DNA of 64,000 nucleotides from Obrimoposthia wandeli. Its lineage: Eukaryota. The position numbers were made by a program, and so were the translations under genes. The notes below the pieces were generated by a model. The model worked only from the letters and a program-made list of their open reading frames with translations, had not been told where the DNA came from and made no database searches. Position 1 is the first letter of the stretch, and each line of letters starts with the position of its first letter. This document shows positions 12,831-27,550 of the stretch, one piece after another. The DNA lies in assembly GCA_977020255.1 (NCBI GenBank), contig CDROCS010000004.1, positions 558,001 to 622,000 of the forward strand, given 5' to 3'.

Positions 12831-15524
12831 CGACAGGTATCAATTCAGTTTCTAAGAGAAATCCTCTCCAGGATAATCGAATGGCTGAAGAAGTGCAAAT
12901 TGGAATAGTGATGCGGAGAGTTACGTAATCAGAAATCGGAATTATCCTACTTACAATTAGTTGTTTAAGTATTACTATTTAAACCTGAATAATATAAATT
13001 GTGTTGTGGAATCTAACTCTTGAGTTATGTCTACAATATAAAATATAACTTATCCAAAGTCTAAATTGGTAGCGGCGCTAATTATCTTTCGAATAATGTA
13101 TACATTTTATAATTATCCCATAAGTTATGTTCCCTCGTAAAGTGAATATTTTATTTTATATCGAAGCATTTCAATGTGAATAGAAATGATAAAAAATAAT
13201 GTCCTGAAAATAAAAAAAGTATTTAATAAAGGAATTATTTTATTTATGAAACTTTTTCAACAATAATTAATTTAATGACAAACATATAAAAGGAAACAAA
13301 TAGTATATTTTCAAAGCAGAAACTACCGATATTTCTGTTTACGTTATTTCCAATCAAAATCAACTATCAACTTGTTACAAAATGTCCATGTAACAAAATA
13401 ACTGCGCCATGCCTCTACACATTTTTAATATCAGTATTGGAATGGAAGATAAACATGTTTTGATAATCTCTCTCATGCATATTTATCCAGAGAAGAAATG
13501 AGAAAATAAAAGTTAAATTTATGTACCGAATTCATAATTTGCTAGTTTAACATTGCTAATCTTGTTACAGATCCAACGTTGTACTAATATCTAAAATTTC
13601 GATTAATTAATACCTCATGTGATTATGTATTCTAATTGATCAATAATAACTCTGAAAATTATTAAATTAAAAATTATTTCAATTCGGCATGTATTTTTAG
13701 AGGTATTTGATAATAGGGTGAAACCGCTAATATTTGATTGTTTAATTTGAATTTATTAACAAGTTAGATATTTGCTACACATGAACTAGTTAGGAATATA
13801 ATTACAAAATTATAAGAACAATTTTATGATAGCTAAGAACATTTGTTTTTACTTTTGAAAATAATTATAATTTTTTATATTACACAAATAGAATAATTTA
13901 TTAATAATTTAGAAGAAACTTAGAAATACTAAGGGTTGAGAAAATAATATTGATACATAGGTGATAGCAAATTCTCCAGACTCAATTTGGAAAATAACTG
14001 TACTCTACACAACACAAATTTTGTTACTTATATATAACAATTCCTTAATAGAGCAGAGTTTTACACTGATTTCAAATATGGTATGAAAAACATTTCAGCT
14101 TATGAAGAATTTTGAAAATATTAATTTTCAAATTATTATGCACATATATTAAGCAATACATGTATGAAGTAACTTTCAAATGTAATAAGTAAAGAAATAT
14201 ATGTATTTGAATAAAAACATCTATATATTTGTAAATTTCTCTTTTGTAGGATGTTTCCGCAATTTTTTGTGCAAAAGTCAAAAACAAACTGTAGCATTGA
14301 CGGATTTGATTTTCCTGAATATCGCTACTCTAAAATGCCATTTGCTTATGAAACTGTTAATAAGCTAAATTTTCTGGAAAATATAAATGAGAATGAATAA
14401 AATATAGTTTCAATGACATTCGTATTCGGAGATTTTTATAAGCTAAAAAGGTTCACTCACTAATAACATATAGTTTGTTGACTTGATCTTTTCCAAGAAG
14501 ACATGGACGATTTATAGAAGGCATTCCATGTACACAATTTCACACAGTTAAAATATTTGGTTCAAATAAACTTTTTAGAATTTGTTTTCTTAAAACTTGA
14601 TATTTATTTATAGTTTTTTCTTAGAATCATAATTCTCGTTAGCTCTAATTGAATATGCAATTGGGATAGAGTGAAATATAATACGATTATAACATAACAC
14701 TATTCGTTAAAATAACACACATCCCGACAAATATAAGTTTTATCTGTTTTACTAAATACTTTCTTAGATCATGGGTTCTAGAAATTCCAACTCTTGCAGT
14801 TTTTAACCTAACATCTCTGACTTCTACTGACAATTGTACATATCTTATTAAAAAGGTAATTTTTCAACACTTATCATAAAGGAACCCATCTTGATCTTCA
14901 ATTGCACATTTGAAAAACTATCACGTTGACTTTTAATCACTAAATTTCAGCAAATGCAAAAAAAGTGAATTATTGATGCAACCACGTTTTGAAGGCATTA
15001 GAAATATTCTATTTATTATAATATTTGAATATAAAAAAAAAAAAAAAAAATTTTTTTATATAATTATTATAAATTATATAATTTTAAAATAATAACAGTA
15101 ATGATAATTTTAAAAAATATTAGAAATCATTTACTTAAAAATCTGAAAGTGATGGAAGAATTTCGAGAGCGAATGAAAAATCAGCGTGATAAAAAAGAAT
15201 TTAGAAAATTATATTTATCGTTAATTAGCAAGAGTTAAAATTTCTCGTCCTGTATAATTTATATACTGTTTTCTCTCATATGTTATGTAAAATTTTATGT
15301 AATACAGGCTGGAGTTGTGTAAGTATATTAATTTAGTGTCTTCATACATGTTTAATTAATATTTTACGTTATATGATGTTATGAATGAGTTTGATTTAGG
15401 CAATTGTTATTTTAAATAAATTTCCCCTAACATAATTAAATTTTTAATTTTAAATTAAACCGCTGGTCTTAAAGATTTTCTTGCTCTTTATAACATAACA
15501 TATGTTAAATCGATATAGCACCGA

Positions 15525-15699
15525 AGTAGGTGGATGTGTCCGGTCTAATCCACACCCCGCTTGTCCTTTAAAACCGTGCATGTGTGTGGAGTGAAATTTC
15601 ACTCCACATACCTACACGAAATTTCACTCCACACACATGCACGGTTTTAAAGGACAAGGGGGGGAGGGGGGTGGATTAGACCGGACACATCCACCTACT
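15525..15699. mobile_element. 175-bp non-autonomous mini-Polinton (TIR-only, MITE-like)
   Basis: Arms 15525-15600 and 15618-15699 are near-perfect inverted repeats starting AGTAGG and ending CCTACT. They are flanked by the direct repeat CACCGA (15519-15524, 15700-15705). The same TIR ends the Polinton at 37321. Confidence 0.92.
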
Positions 15700-17703
15700 C
15701 ACCGATATCCAGCCATTTATAATAGTGTATATTTGCAGTCCCAAGCATTTTTATTGCATGCCCCCTTTAAGAATATTTTATGTGGACACCCCCAGATTCC
15801 ATATAATTTTATTAATTTATTTATATCCTTAGATAAATTACACATTAAATGCAAAAGAAAAGGATATATATTATTTTTAAAATATTACATCTGAAATAGT
15901 CAAATAACCAACTTGGGGTCACGATCCGTAATTTGGGAACCTATGCTATAGTAGGTGCAATGAATATTGGAAAATTCGAAAATTTTAACCTAAAATGATC
16001 CTAATTTCTTTGAAGTCATTTCGTGGCAATCGGTAATTCTAGGTACACTACATCTTTTAAATATGGTGGTGTACTATGTTCTACATAAAATTAGGCAAAA
16101 GAATCAAATTATGTTGATAAAATAAGCTAGGAGTTGTAATTAAGAATATAATTACTTTTTTAAATTTTAATGGTTAAATATATTTAATAAATATTAAAAA
16201 GGAAATTGGAAGCGACTAACAATTCGAAAATTACTATACTTGAATAGACGTGAATGAATCAATATGTGCTAAATTCGTCAGCTGTCAATGTGAGCTGCCG
16301 AATTGGATGTACATATGTTTGAGAGAATGAAGTTAAGCAATAGAAGTTACATATAAAAGTGATTAATGACTAGGATATTCAATGAAGAAAATTTCACAGT
16401 AGTTGAAGTCAAAAATAAACAATTAAAAAATAACTCGGACATATAATAATCTTGTGACAATCTGGGGAGACGAAATTTACATAATGAAACAACTAAGGCA
16501 AAGTCGTTAGTATTCCTTTAAAATTATTTTTCTAATTTGTTGACTTATTACCAAAGAATATCTCAAATTATGAATACATTTAGTACTAATTAAATATAAA
16601 AAACATTAAATGAAGAACACAAATCGAGATGAAAGCAAAAAAAAGTCTGCTACTTTAAAAAAATACATAACATAGATATAATAAAACCATCGGCAATTTG
16701 AAAGCTAAAAATGGGTACATATTGACAGACATTTAATAGCAACTTCTTAATGTTCCTTCAGAAACAAATTATGTATCAAGTGAAGTAACGAAATACAAGT
16801 CAACTCATTGGATACATAATATATATCAATGGTTCTAAATGTTTTTTAAAAAATTAGATATATATTAATATATATCATAAATCAAAACTTTAAATAATCT
16901 AGTCTTTTGCATTTTTTACTGTATGAAAGCTCCAATAGAAAGCTCCTAATCCTAACCCTATCAATGTATTTATTGTTCTTTTTTAAATTATAATAAGTTA
17001 AAGCTCAATTCAGAATCATTCATTTTAATAAGATTGCAAATTTATTCTGAAATTTATTAATGGTTTCAAAAAATTGAAATAAATTGAAGTCCGTTTTTAT
17101 TATTTATTAATACAACAACAACAACAAAAGTTAGAGTTTTATAAAGTTTATATATTTTTGAATATTTATGGAAAATATTTTTAATATAATTAGATGTAAA
17201 ATAAATGACGATCATCAGCAATTTCCTGATTATTCAAAAGCATCATAGTACAGTCAGTGCAGTAGATCTAATAATATTTTATATTCTAAGTATTTTTTTA
17301 TAAACAAGTGCAATTAAAAATAATTATATAATTTAATTTAATTTTTTCCTCTAAGATTTGTTCAATGAACGACAAAGGAATATTATTAATTTAATGTATT
17401 GTATGTTCATTTTAATAAATCGCAAAAATTATTCTCTTTGTCTTTTGACTTATACTATCATACTTATTGAAATTTGGTTAAAAATGTAGTAATAGTTTAT
17501 GATAAATTTTTTAAACCGTTCATACATTAAAAGTATTACTGCAGAATTAAGTTAAATATATTCCATTTGGAAAATCGCGAAAAATTAATCTTCTCATTAT
17601 AAGATTCTCTATTATATCATGTATGTGCATAATTTTCCTTGAGGTAGACCTGTGACAACACGCGATGAGAATTTGAACAAGGTTAAGGCTTCGCTTGCTA
17701 AAG

Positions 17704-18001
17704 CAGTGGTTTTCAACCTTTTTTGCTGTTGCGAAACACTCTTTAGGTTTTATATATATATCTCGCGACATGATTAGAGATGGGAAAAAAAGTTTTTTTA
17801 AATAACTGATTGTTTCTTATGGTTAAAAATGTCTAATTCAGTTTTTAATAATAATAGGTGTCATAACCGTTTTATCTGGTCATTCAGTCATTCACATTCA
17901 GAAGTTAATTTTTTCATTAAATTATCTGGTGTTTAAAATCATCTAAATTTTTTTGCAATACTTTTGTATGACGTTTGTGACACACCGGTTGGGAAACATT
18001 G
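17704..18001. mobile_element. hAT (Charlie-like) MITE
   Basis: Left end CAGTGGTTTTCAACC, right end GGTTGGGAAACATTG. The 8-bp flanks TGCTAAAG and GGTTAAAG fit a decayed TSD. Confidence 0.65.
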
Positions 18002-18429
18002 GGTTAAAGATAGCAGTACTTTTTCGTTGTTCATATCAGATGAGTGTAGGATCCAAACGTTAAAAGCCCATTTATTCCTAAAAACGTGTAGATGGTGACG
18101 AGGAGAGACGACTGAAGTTTGTTGAAAAGATGTAAACAAGATTTGATTATGATCATTCGTCCCTCTGAAACTTAACATCAAGTGACAAGTGCCCTTACAT
18201 CTCTATGGCAATGTAAATAAGCACAATGTACAATATAGGGCTATGGAAAATCCAAACATAAGGTACTTCACTAAAAATGGTAAGATGCAAAGTGTTACAG
18301 TTTGAGCATTGATGGAGAGCAGAGCTTTGACTTTGCATTTTTGGACAATACAAAGAGTGGCGAAAAAGTTATGAAATATTTAACACTAAGGTTGTAGCTT
18401 TGTTTTCACATGTACGGTACAAAAACTAC

Positions 18430-18575
18430 CTACCCAAAAGATTAGATGACTGGGTTTTAAAGAGTGGCCAGTAATCCCTCCCTCCTTGTGACTATTGGTT
18501 CTGCATGAGTAGGTTTACACTCCAGGTAAATACTCAGTCACTGAAAGAGAAAATCACTGCTGGAACAAAAAAACA
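18430..18575 (+). mobile_element. Tc1/mariner C-terminal fragment; a related copy lies at ~19055-19125
   Basis: EWP...PCDYW-like reading. The string AGGTTTACAC.CCAGGTAAATACTCAGTC.CTGAAAGA.AAAATCACTGCTG recurs at ~19056. Confidence 0.45.
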
Positions 18576-20080
18576 TTTAGTACATTCACCAATGCTTTTA
18601 AGAGTTTATCTAAGATTATATCTATGTTATGAAAGTAATGTGTTCCTTTTTAAATAAAATTTTGTTTTATGAATGTTATTTTCTATGCACATAGACTTAA
18701 ATTACTCTTATTATTTAAAAATATATATTCCAAGAACGTTTGACTCACTCTATATATATAAATCTATTTCGAATACTTTTTTAATATTCATTCAGAATTG
18801 TTGTAACAAAAAATTATACAATACAAAAATAAATGATTTAAAAATTACTTTTAAATAAAATACTTTAATACATTCAATTATGTAAATTATTACTTTTAAA
18901 TAATACCCTGTAATTTTTTTAATCCGTACCTTTTGGTCTTCCTGTCAATCTAACCTTATAATAAGTTGGATGCGACTCAATGGTTTGTCAACACCGTTTT
19001 TTAAAATCTTTTGTAACTATATTATAAGGTTGGTTCTGCTTTTATCTGCTTGTGCAGGTTTACACACCAGGTAAATACTCAGTCGCTGAAAGATAAAATC
19101 ACTGCTGAAACAAGAAAAAGACATTTAATATCTTGACCAAAATTTAACTCTAAGAAATATCATGCTTTTAAAAATAAATTATCGCATTTGCTGATTCATT
19201 TTCACCATACTAAATCAGTTTGCTTTCTTTAAATGTGTCTCATTTTGGAGTCAAAGCGCCATTATCTGATACCTGGATTTATGAGATGAACAATATTGAA
19301 AGCTATACACTGGGATAAGAAAATGGGTGTGGTTCCATTCATCAAACGAGTGGATTATTCAAAAATGAAACATGAAATTTTTATTTGTAAATACAAAAGT
19401 ACTAAAGTTTACGTTCTCATATTTTGTAATAAAAAATACTTGGCTAATCCAATAATAATACTTTAAAAATAATGTAGGTTTTATTTTAAATAAATATCAA
19501 TAGTGAAATCTTGCTAATACATAATGTAAAACTAGATTTTCTCTTTTGGAAATATTCTAATTTTGATTTTACAACAGTATTGTATCACAGATTCTACAGA
19601 TTTACAACTGCAACTGCACATGAAATACGATTGAAAAATGACAAAATAACCTCCATATTTTAATTGATAAATTAAAACAAATACATAATTGTATGTTTGG
19701 TCTTCAAAAGATAGGACAATTTTTTACAATCATAAGAGAATTTTTATCGGCTTAGAATCATTTATATTATTTAAATAATCAGTTGAAGAAAAAACAAGAT
19801 TTTTTTTAATATTCCATAAATGTGGTGATTTTAAAGTTATATGCATCTTATTGATCAACAAACTGGACATACATACTACACATATTTTAGTGCGAGTGGG
19901 AATACAACGCGAAAAGACCCTTGGGAACAACTGGAATTGCTACAAAAAATCTCCAATTTGTAAAGGTAACAAGAATGTGATCAATTATATATAGATACTT
20001 CTCCCATCACTGGATAATAAACTTGGCCTAATGAGACAATTAACGAAGGATCTTAGCAAATATGGTCATTGTTTAAAATA

Positions 20081-20830
20081 CAGGGTGATTCATAATTAAT
20101 GACATTTATGAAATAAATATACGGTAACAAAAATAACATTTATTTCATAGATATTGAACACACGCGAAAACTTATGTATAAATAATTCCAAAACAAAATT
20201 AATCAAACAAGTGTTGACCACATTACCTTTGATGACGAAACACACTCATACGATGAAACTTATACTCGAGCAAAATGTTCATGTAAATTATTCTGAGGCT
20301 GTTACAAGAAATGTGATAGTTCAGTACCAGATAGAAAAAAGGTAGCACATTGAAGAGTGAGGTTAAGTACGATAGATTCATTGTTTGAACACAAAACTGT
20401 TCAAGGTCACCCAGTGTCATACAGCGAGAATAATTCATCGGAAAATATAAAAATAATTGATGCTTGGAAATGAATTGGTGTGCTACAGTGATTTATTTCT
20501 ACAAATAATGCAAGAGAATGTATGACCATACTTTCGACATAGAAAAACGTAATCTTGTAACTTGATGCCACTCCACCACACTTTGGGTTGCAGGTAAGAA
20601 ATTTCACCGAAGACAAGTTTCGTGGTCAGTGGATAGGTCGAGAAAGTACTTCTGCTTTGTACCCTATCTACTCAGCTGATGTAATTGATGTGTGATTTCT
20701 TTTTATGGGGAGTATTGCGTGAAAAGGTCTATCCGCATCGCATCAACAGTGTCGATGACCTAGGAGAAATAACCATTGCAGAAATAAGACGAATTCCACA
20801 ACCTATGTTTGCAAATGCTTTTAAACATAT
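20081..20830 (+). mobile_element. Tc1/mariner transposon remnant
   Basis: TA-CAGGGTGATTC terminus-like sequence at ~20079-20092. LDATPPHFGLQVRN...KFRGQWIGR followed by FLWG..REKVY-like sequence (20560-20740) matches QDGAPPH...RWIGRG..WP.RSPDL...FFLWG. Confidence 0.75.
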
Positions 20831-21359
20831 ATCCTATAGATGTGTTTAAAATTATGGTAAACACTTCAGATGACATTTATATTCGAGGAGATGTTATGTT
20901 CTCATGTGTGTTCAATATATATGAAATAATTGTTATTTTTGTTACTGTATTTCTATTTCAAAAATATGTTACTAATTATGAATCACCTTGTTTATATCTG
21001 CAAATTTGCTTGTGTGAACATTTTAAAGCTGGTAATTTCTTTATTTTCGTGATGACTTCGTAATTTCTTCAAATCAAACTGCAGAGAGATTCAAATTTTA
21101 GTTTATAAATGATTCCTCTTGAATTGTCTATATTGTTAGGATTTAAAAGTGTTATACAAAATTCTCAGTAAAAATGAGTTTGATGAAAAATTGTAACATG
21201 TTACATTATTTTTGAGGATATTTTCAAACATCAGAGACGAAAAGGTTTCAAGCAGAAAGATATAAATCCTTCATCTATGTCTATGTGAATAACTTAACTT
21301 GTTATTATTAGTCTTGTGACTCCATATTAAGTACGAATGTGTCATGCGGTCCTGGAATG

Positions 21360-21590
21360 AATGTTAGTATAAAATGCTTGATCTATGGAGTATCATACAT
21401 TTAAACATGATGGCTATGTGAAGACGAGAGAGAAGTACATGAAAGAGCTTGCTATGACGCTGTTTAAAACATACATACGTCAAAGGTTTTGTCTAAACAA
21501 TCCATTTTCAAAATCACTAAATATTACTGGGGAATCTCCATCATACAACCACCTAAAAATCACCAAGATGAGTTGGATCACATGAAAAGT
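21360..21590 (+). mobile_element. Possible piggyBac transposase C-terminal remnant
   Basis: MLDL...TREKYMKELAMTLF...RQR resembles the piggyBac MLD...RR.FLKELA..L...R region. Confidence 0.35.
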
Positions 21591-22774
21591 GACACTATTA
21601 GGCAATTAAATCTTACATAACGTAATTATGCAAAAATAAAATTATGCATTATGGAGCAAACACGTCAAAATCAATTTTGTGTATTTATCGAGTTAAGCAT
21701 GAATAAATTAAAGGTTACCCAAATGTAAGAATTACATTTTACTTACCAACTATCCATATACCAAGGAACATGGAATACGGCAGAAGGTGCCAGGCCCCTC
21801 CTTGAAAATGGATGTAGACTATTAGTATATTTGTGCACTGCTTAAAAATGAAAAAAGAAAGTTACTGATATCTTATAATAGAATAATGAAAAAATCGGAA
21901 ATTTTGAAATATTTTTGATTATTTGAAATTTTGGTTCAAATACATTAAAGCTTTTTTTTCAAATTTGTCAAAAGAAATTACTAAATATTTAAAATAGGTG
22001 GTAGAGTATAAATGAATGTTTATAACTAAGTTTTTCGGTAAAAAATGTATATACATACTCGTTCTCCAAGATATTTATATATCAGTTTTATTTTTCGAAT
22101 ATGTACAAAATAAAAGAAATTAATAATTAATTCTACCTGTCATTTTCTATATTAATTTAAAGTTTTCTGGCATTCTTTACACAAAGAAGTGGCTCAGAGA
22201 TTCAACTAAATTTCCGCACAACTTGACTGTCGGCGTCATTATCCAAATTGTCACTTGAAGGAACTGACTGTGTAATATTCATTTTATTACTGGCGTCTCG
22301 AAAAATCCATTTGTCTCTTTAATTAACCCATCAATCCTACCTATTCACGAACGAAACCTAAACACAAATTAATGTATTGCAGTTATAGATGTAAACAAAT
22401 TGAGTTTAGTTCTTCATCGGTTTCAGCTATTGTTGCACTTTCAATATGGTTAGATGAAAAAAAATAGGAGAATATATATTTTATCATTGGATGCAATCAA
22501 TCGTCGCTATATTTTGTTACCCACATTTTATTGCTGCAGGAGATAAATGGATGCATTGTTCTGAAAATTGAAACTATACAAATAGTAAATATTCAACAAA
22601 ATACCTAAGTAAAGTTATTGAAGTGGAAATCTTCTTCATATTTTTTTATAAGTTTAAATACTACGTTGCTAAGAGTTTTATAACATCATATATTTGAAAA
22701 CCATGTTAAAGTAATTAATAGGGTAAATTTTAATGTAATCCAGTTAGAACACTGAGCCTATTTCTCCATCTCTC

Positions 22775-22955
22775 AAGCATGGTTAGCAGAAGTCCAGTTG
22801 ACAAACCTCATATTACAGACAACTAAGTACGTCCAGCTCCAAACAAATGTAGTGCTTCATATTCTAGAGTCAGCATACAGGTCCATGAAGTCGAAAGTAT
22901 AAAATCCATATGACGTAATAAAGGAAGCCATCGTAAAGACCATATCACTTTCTCA
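22775..22955 (+). mobile_element. Possible Gypsy gag N-terminal remnant
   Basis: AWLAEVQL...TTKY...NPYDVIKEAIVK resembles the WF..AE.QF...TKY...PY..LK..I gag motif. Confidence 0.4.
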
Positions 22956-23239
22956 GTGTCGGTTAGATCAGATATTGTCATTAATTCTGTTTTATTTAAA
23001 CCAATTACAAAATTGTTTATTAAAAAAATATATATATATTATTTATGAGTATATTTAGAAATTAGCTAAAATTACTTTTTAAACCTTTTGCCAAAATATG
23101 AGGTGTTCACAATTTTTATAAATTATTGAAAAAAGTTTTAATTTTTCTATTATCTTTTCTTTTTCTTATTATATTCTAATTTATTAAATTGGTTTTGCAT
23201 TAAAAGCATAATTTGTAGTTCCAATTGGAATACATTTTT

Positions 23240-23600
23240 GTTAAAATCTTCAAGGCATTTCCCTACAGTGCATTTTTTTCCAGCAGATATTTTTCACTCT
23301 TTCATCTTGATTTTTTTTATTTCCCCATTTATCTTTCCAAATTATTCTTAGCGTAGCCCATATATGCTGTTTTTGCTTCGCAAACTGTCCAAACTTTTAT
23401 CTCAGACTTACTTGTTTTAATGGGAATATATACTGTGAAGGGACCTTCATCTGAACACAAGAAGTAGTTCATAAATTTACATAGATTTATTGTAAAATCC
23501 TTAACTAATTTAGTACTTACTTCTTTATCTCTAACAGATTTTAGTCAAATCTCAATATACGATTTATACTATTAAATCTGTAGATAGTCGTGGTAATCTT
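23240..23600 (-). mobile_element. piggyBac transposase remnant
   Basis: Minus strand reads EGPFTVYIPIKTSKSEIKVWTVCEAKTAY, matching piggyBac GRCPF.QYIP.KP.KYGIKVW..CDA.T.Y. Confidence 0.7.
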
Positions 23601-24139
23601 TCTTTGACACACCTTAACACCGAAAAGTCAATGTTGAAATAAACTACTGACATGACTGCAATTTTTTCAAAAATATAATGAAATGTTGCACTAAAACTGA
23701 CTTTTTTACCTTTAAAATTGCAATTTTATAAAATTGTTAAGTTATTATTTATGTTACTACTTCCAACACAGTCTAAGTCTAAGTTAGTTTATGGTAAAAG
23801 TTGCTCTGTTCTTGAAACGTGTAAAGACAAAAAGCTACATAATAACTGTACTTTTTTAATTTACAAGGTGACAACTGTAAAGGTAGAGATTTAAAATGTA
23901 AATAATCACAAAACAAAGAACAAATTTTAAAAATCATTTTATTTTTATCAAACTTATCGGATTTTTTTATTTTATGGAGTTCCACATGTTTTCAATTTCC
24001 ACCAATCTCTCAATGATAAATCTCAAAAACATCAGAACTAACTGAAATGGCTCTTTGATCTTTTCTTTGAGTTCCAGCACTCTATGTAACTTAACATAAT
24101 ATACTTTAGATTTGATGAAACTTTACAGTAAATAATCAC

Positions 24140-24431
24140 AAGGAGTTAGGTTTGGTGAACGATTGGGTCAAGGTATTGTTGGCGATCCGCGACCCATCCA
24201 CCTGTTGGGGAAGACTTCATCCAACCAACTTTTTACAATCAAACCACAGAGAGGAGTTGCGCCGCCATGCATGAACTTCATCATTTGTCTTTCAGAACGA
24301 CTAAGTATTGGATAAAACCTTTTTCGAAGCGTTTCACAAATAACTTTCCCTTGTTCCGGATTCATCAAAGAAAAATGGCCCATAAACTGCCAAGCTGCAC
24401 ATTTGGCTCTTTGCTCAAATATATAAGACAT
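24140..24431 (-). mobile_element. Tc1/mariner transposase remnant
   Basis: MHGGATP....VKSWLDEVFPNRWMGRGSP matches QDGAP.H....V..WL...FP.RWIGRG. Confidence 0.75.
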
Positions 24432-27400
24432 TTTCTAAAAAAGTAAAATTAAATATCACTCCTAATACTTATTGATATATGAGGCATGAACACAAAATAA
24501 TTTGACCTTCAATAAATATTTTATAGCTAAAATAAATCTCTTCCTGTAGAATTATCACCATTTATATTATATTTTTTATTGATTGATTCATATATCTGAT
24601 TACATGCTCCTTAACTTAATAATTTTTTTATTGATTAGATTTGTGTTACCAATGGCCTCTACGTCAATTTTCAAGGAGGGTTAAGCCTTCTGGCTCCTGT
24701 TTTGGTCTATGACAAAAAACTGGAGCTCTTGAGACTGTGCCTAAAGGCCTTTAGGAAATGTTGCATATTAATGTATTTTTGTCACTAGACATTTTTTGTG
24801 TCTTCATCCTTATGTAGCGTCTGCTTTGTAATGTCTCTTTCGCATTACTAGAAATTGAATAGTGCAATTTGTTTGCAATTAGCTATCAAGGGAACTTAAC
24901 CAACATTACATGTCGGAAAAATGATTTATGTATTTTTTAATTTAAAATATTTATACTTTAAATCACAATCGGTTCGTAGTTTATGTCCTACTCTTAAATT
25001 AAAATGTGGATAATTGCGTCTTAAAATCTTTTAAAAATGTAATCAACAGCAAGTAAATTTTGTATATTTTAGCTACTTATAATGCAAGAAATTTGGATAT
25101 CACCTTTATTAGATTAGATTTCTTTACCATATTTAAATCAATGTTGCATAATGTTTTGTACTTCCATAACTTCGAACAATTTAGAACGAACAATTCTTAT
25201 GAAATAAAGACGACATAGGTTTAGAAAATAATATCATGCTTTACAAACAAATCATAAAATGAAAAAATGGTTGAATAAATTTCTATAAAGTTTATATAAC
25301 AAGCTTTTATTTGAGGTACCCTACCTTTGCTATCATTTATGAACCCATATAACCCTTAGCCGTATTAACCTTCTTCGAAAATAAAATAAATTGGCATGTT
25401 GGGATAAATTTTTCTCCTCAATATATCTTCTGTTTTTACTAACAGAAAATGGATGTTTGGTTTTCTGGAGCAGTTCTAATTTGACTTTATTAATGGAATG
25501 GATAATTTGTCGAAAAATATTGGTTTGTTGTTATCTTCAGTTATAAATCTAAACGTTGAAGAATCTTCACTGTATTTGCGGGATTTTGTTTTCATTTGAA
25601 GTTCATTTGTCATTTTGTTTAACTTAACACTAAAATAAACAAATTAAATATTACATAGCAAATTGAAAATAAATTAATAAATTAATAGTTTTTGTTAAAT
25701 TTTTTATTTTTAGTCATTTTAAATTTATATGCTTGAAAACCACGTGGATTGCAAGAAATTCTCCTTGGGTCACTTGTACCGCGCTGGGATTCCCTATTTT
25801 GTATTTTAGACAAATGTTGATATCTAATGGTGGAATTTTAATGTTTGTCATTTCATTGCTTCACTTTCTTCCAGTTTAACATGGTACTTTGAAAGAATTT
25901 TACAATATTTATATGTATTTGATAAATTTTTAAATATTGTCTCTCTTGACATTTTATAAAATAAGTAAAATTTCTATACTACAACACATTTTTTAGAGCT
26001 AAATTAAATAAAAAGTTTAATAAAAATTGATTTGATCTTATTTTTATGAATTTATAGAAAAGTATGTACGGAGCATCATTCCATTTATCTTCGAAGACCA
26101 CTTACTTTAATACTTTCTGCTGTTTTGATAAACCGTCATAGCAGGAGATTGTAAATAGACGGAATTATCGTGGAGTTGAATCACCGTGGAATTGAGATTC
26201 GCGAACACAAAATCACAGGGTAGTTTCAACAGAAAAAGAACAGAACACAGAATCCATTATAATCATACGGTTTTATAGCATTGAAAAATAAAACGTCTCT
26301 CAAATATCAGTAGTTATTATCTAATAGTAATAGTAAAATTAATATTATTGTTTTTTTATTATTCAAAACACCACAGATGATAATAGCTGCAGCTGTTTCA
26401 TGATTTGCAGATGTATTGGTGAATGAAAAGGTAGTAGTAAAAGCGAGGGATAATAGTCAGTAGCATACACCAAGTCAAAAGAAAGAATTTATAAAATCTT
26501 GAAATCCACACACAAACTTTTCATAATAGAACTCGTGTGTATGTCTGTTTGTTGGAAGATTTAAATGGTATTAAAACAGCGCACACCATATCATGTTGAT
26601 GTGGGTTTTCTAGTATTGTAGCGAAGATGAACGCACACAATTGTTGGTTTGTATGTTTTACATATTTATATGCTAATTTGAAAGCTTTATCGTCGTATTA
26701 CTATAAAATTTAAATATTCCAGTTGCCAATGTAAAAAATGAATAAATCTAGAACCCTAAATCGAAATATCTGTTGCCCAGAAATATGTGCATATGTTATG
26801 TGAATTTTCAGCAGATAAACAAATGGGTCACGACCATAAATTTGATCTCTACGATTTCATTTTCTCGTATATTGTTTCAGATTTGGTGCGTTTATTTTAG
26901 TGATATATAGATGTATCTATGTATGGATGTTAAAGGCATTGTAGAGTTGAAATTACCCAGTGATGTGAATCAAGTTGGCTTTGTCAATTATAGTGTCTTC
27001 CCGAATATCAAATTATTTGCCTGGTGTTATTTGACAATATCTTATTTACTATTTTCTCTGCCTCAACTCGACTCATTCCGTTTAATTGGTCTAGTTGAGC
27101 TTAAATTGCTCGGAAATTTATGACCAACAACATTAATATTTTCAGAATATTTTATGGTGGAACTTTTAATTGGATAGTTAGACTTCAATTAGGATATTAA
27201 TGGCAAATTTCTCGTATTGAATATTATGTTGCATTATCTTAGGGTGTTATTTGATTATCTGATTTTTATTTATAAGACTACAAAAGTGACGTCTTAAATA
27301 ATTGAATTTATAACAAAATACTTTGTACTCAATATTTATAATGAAATCAACTCTAATTATTATTGTTTCTAAATATTCATGAAACATATCTTAAGAAACG

Positions 27401-27477
27401 CTCATTGAATCATGGTCAAAAAACGCAATTTGAAGCAATATTCTTTGTAATACATAAATCACATTACATTTGATTAT

Positions 27478-27550
27478 GATCCACCCCTTCTTCGGGGTGA
27501 ATAGTAACGCCTATGTACTTTAAAACCGTGTATGTGTGTAGTGGAATTTC
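27478..27550 (+). repeat. Left TIR remnant of the Polinton
   Basis: TGTACTTTAAAACCGTGTATGTGTGTAGTGGAATTTC (27514-27550) is the reverse complement of the 37240-37280 TIR segment. The extreme terminus and TSD are lost. Confidence 0.75.

Noticed and set aside
15010-15110. Poly(A)/poly(T) and AT-rich palindromic stretch
   Set aside because: Low complexity, expected by chance in this composition; no TSD or element body identified.
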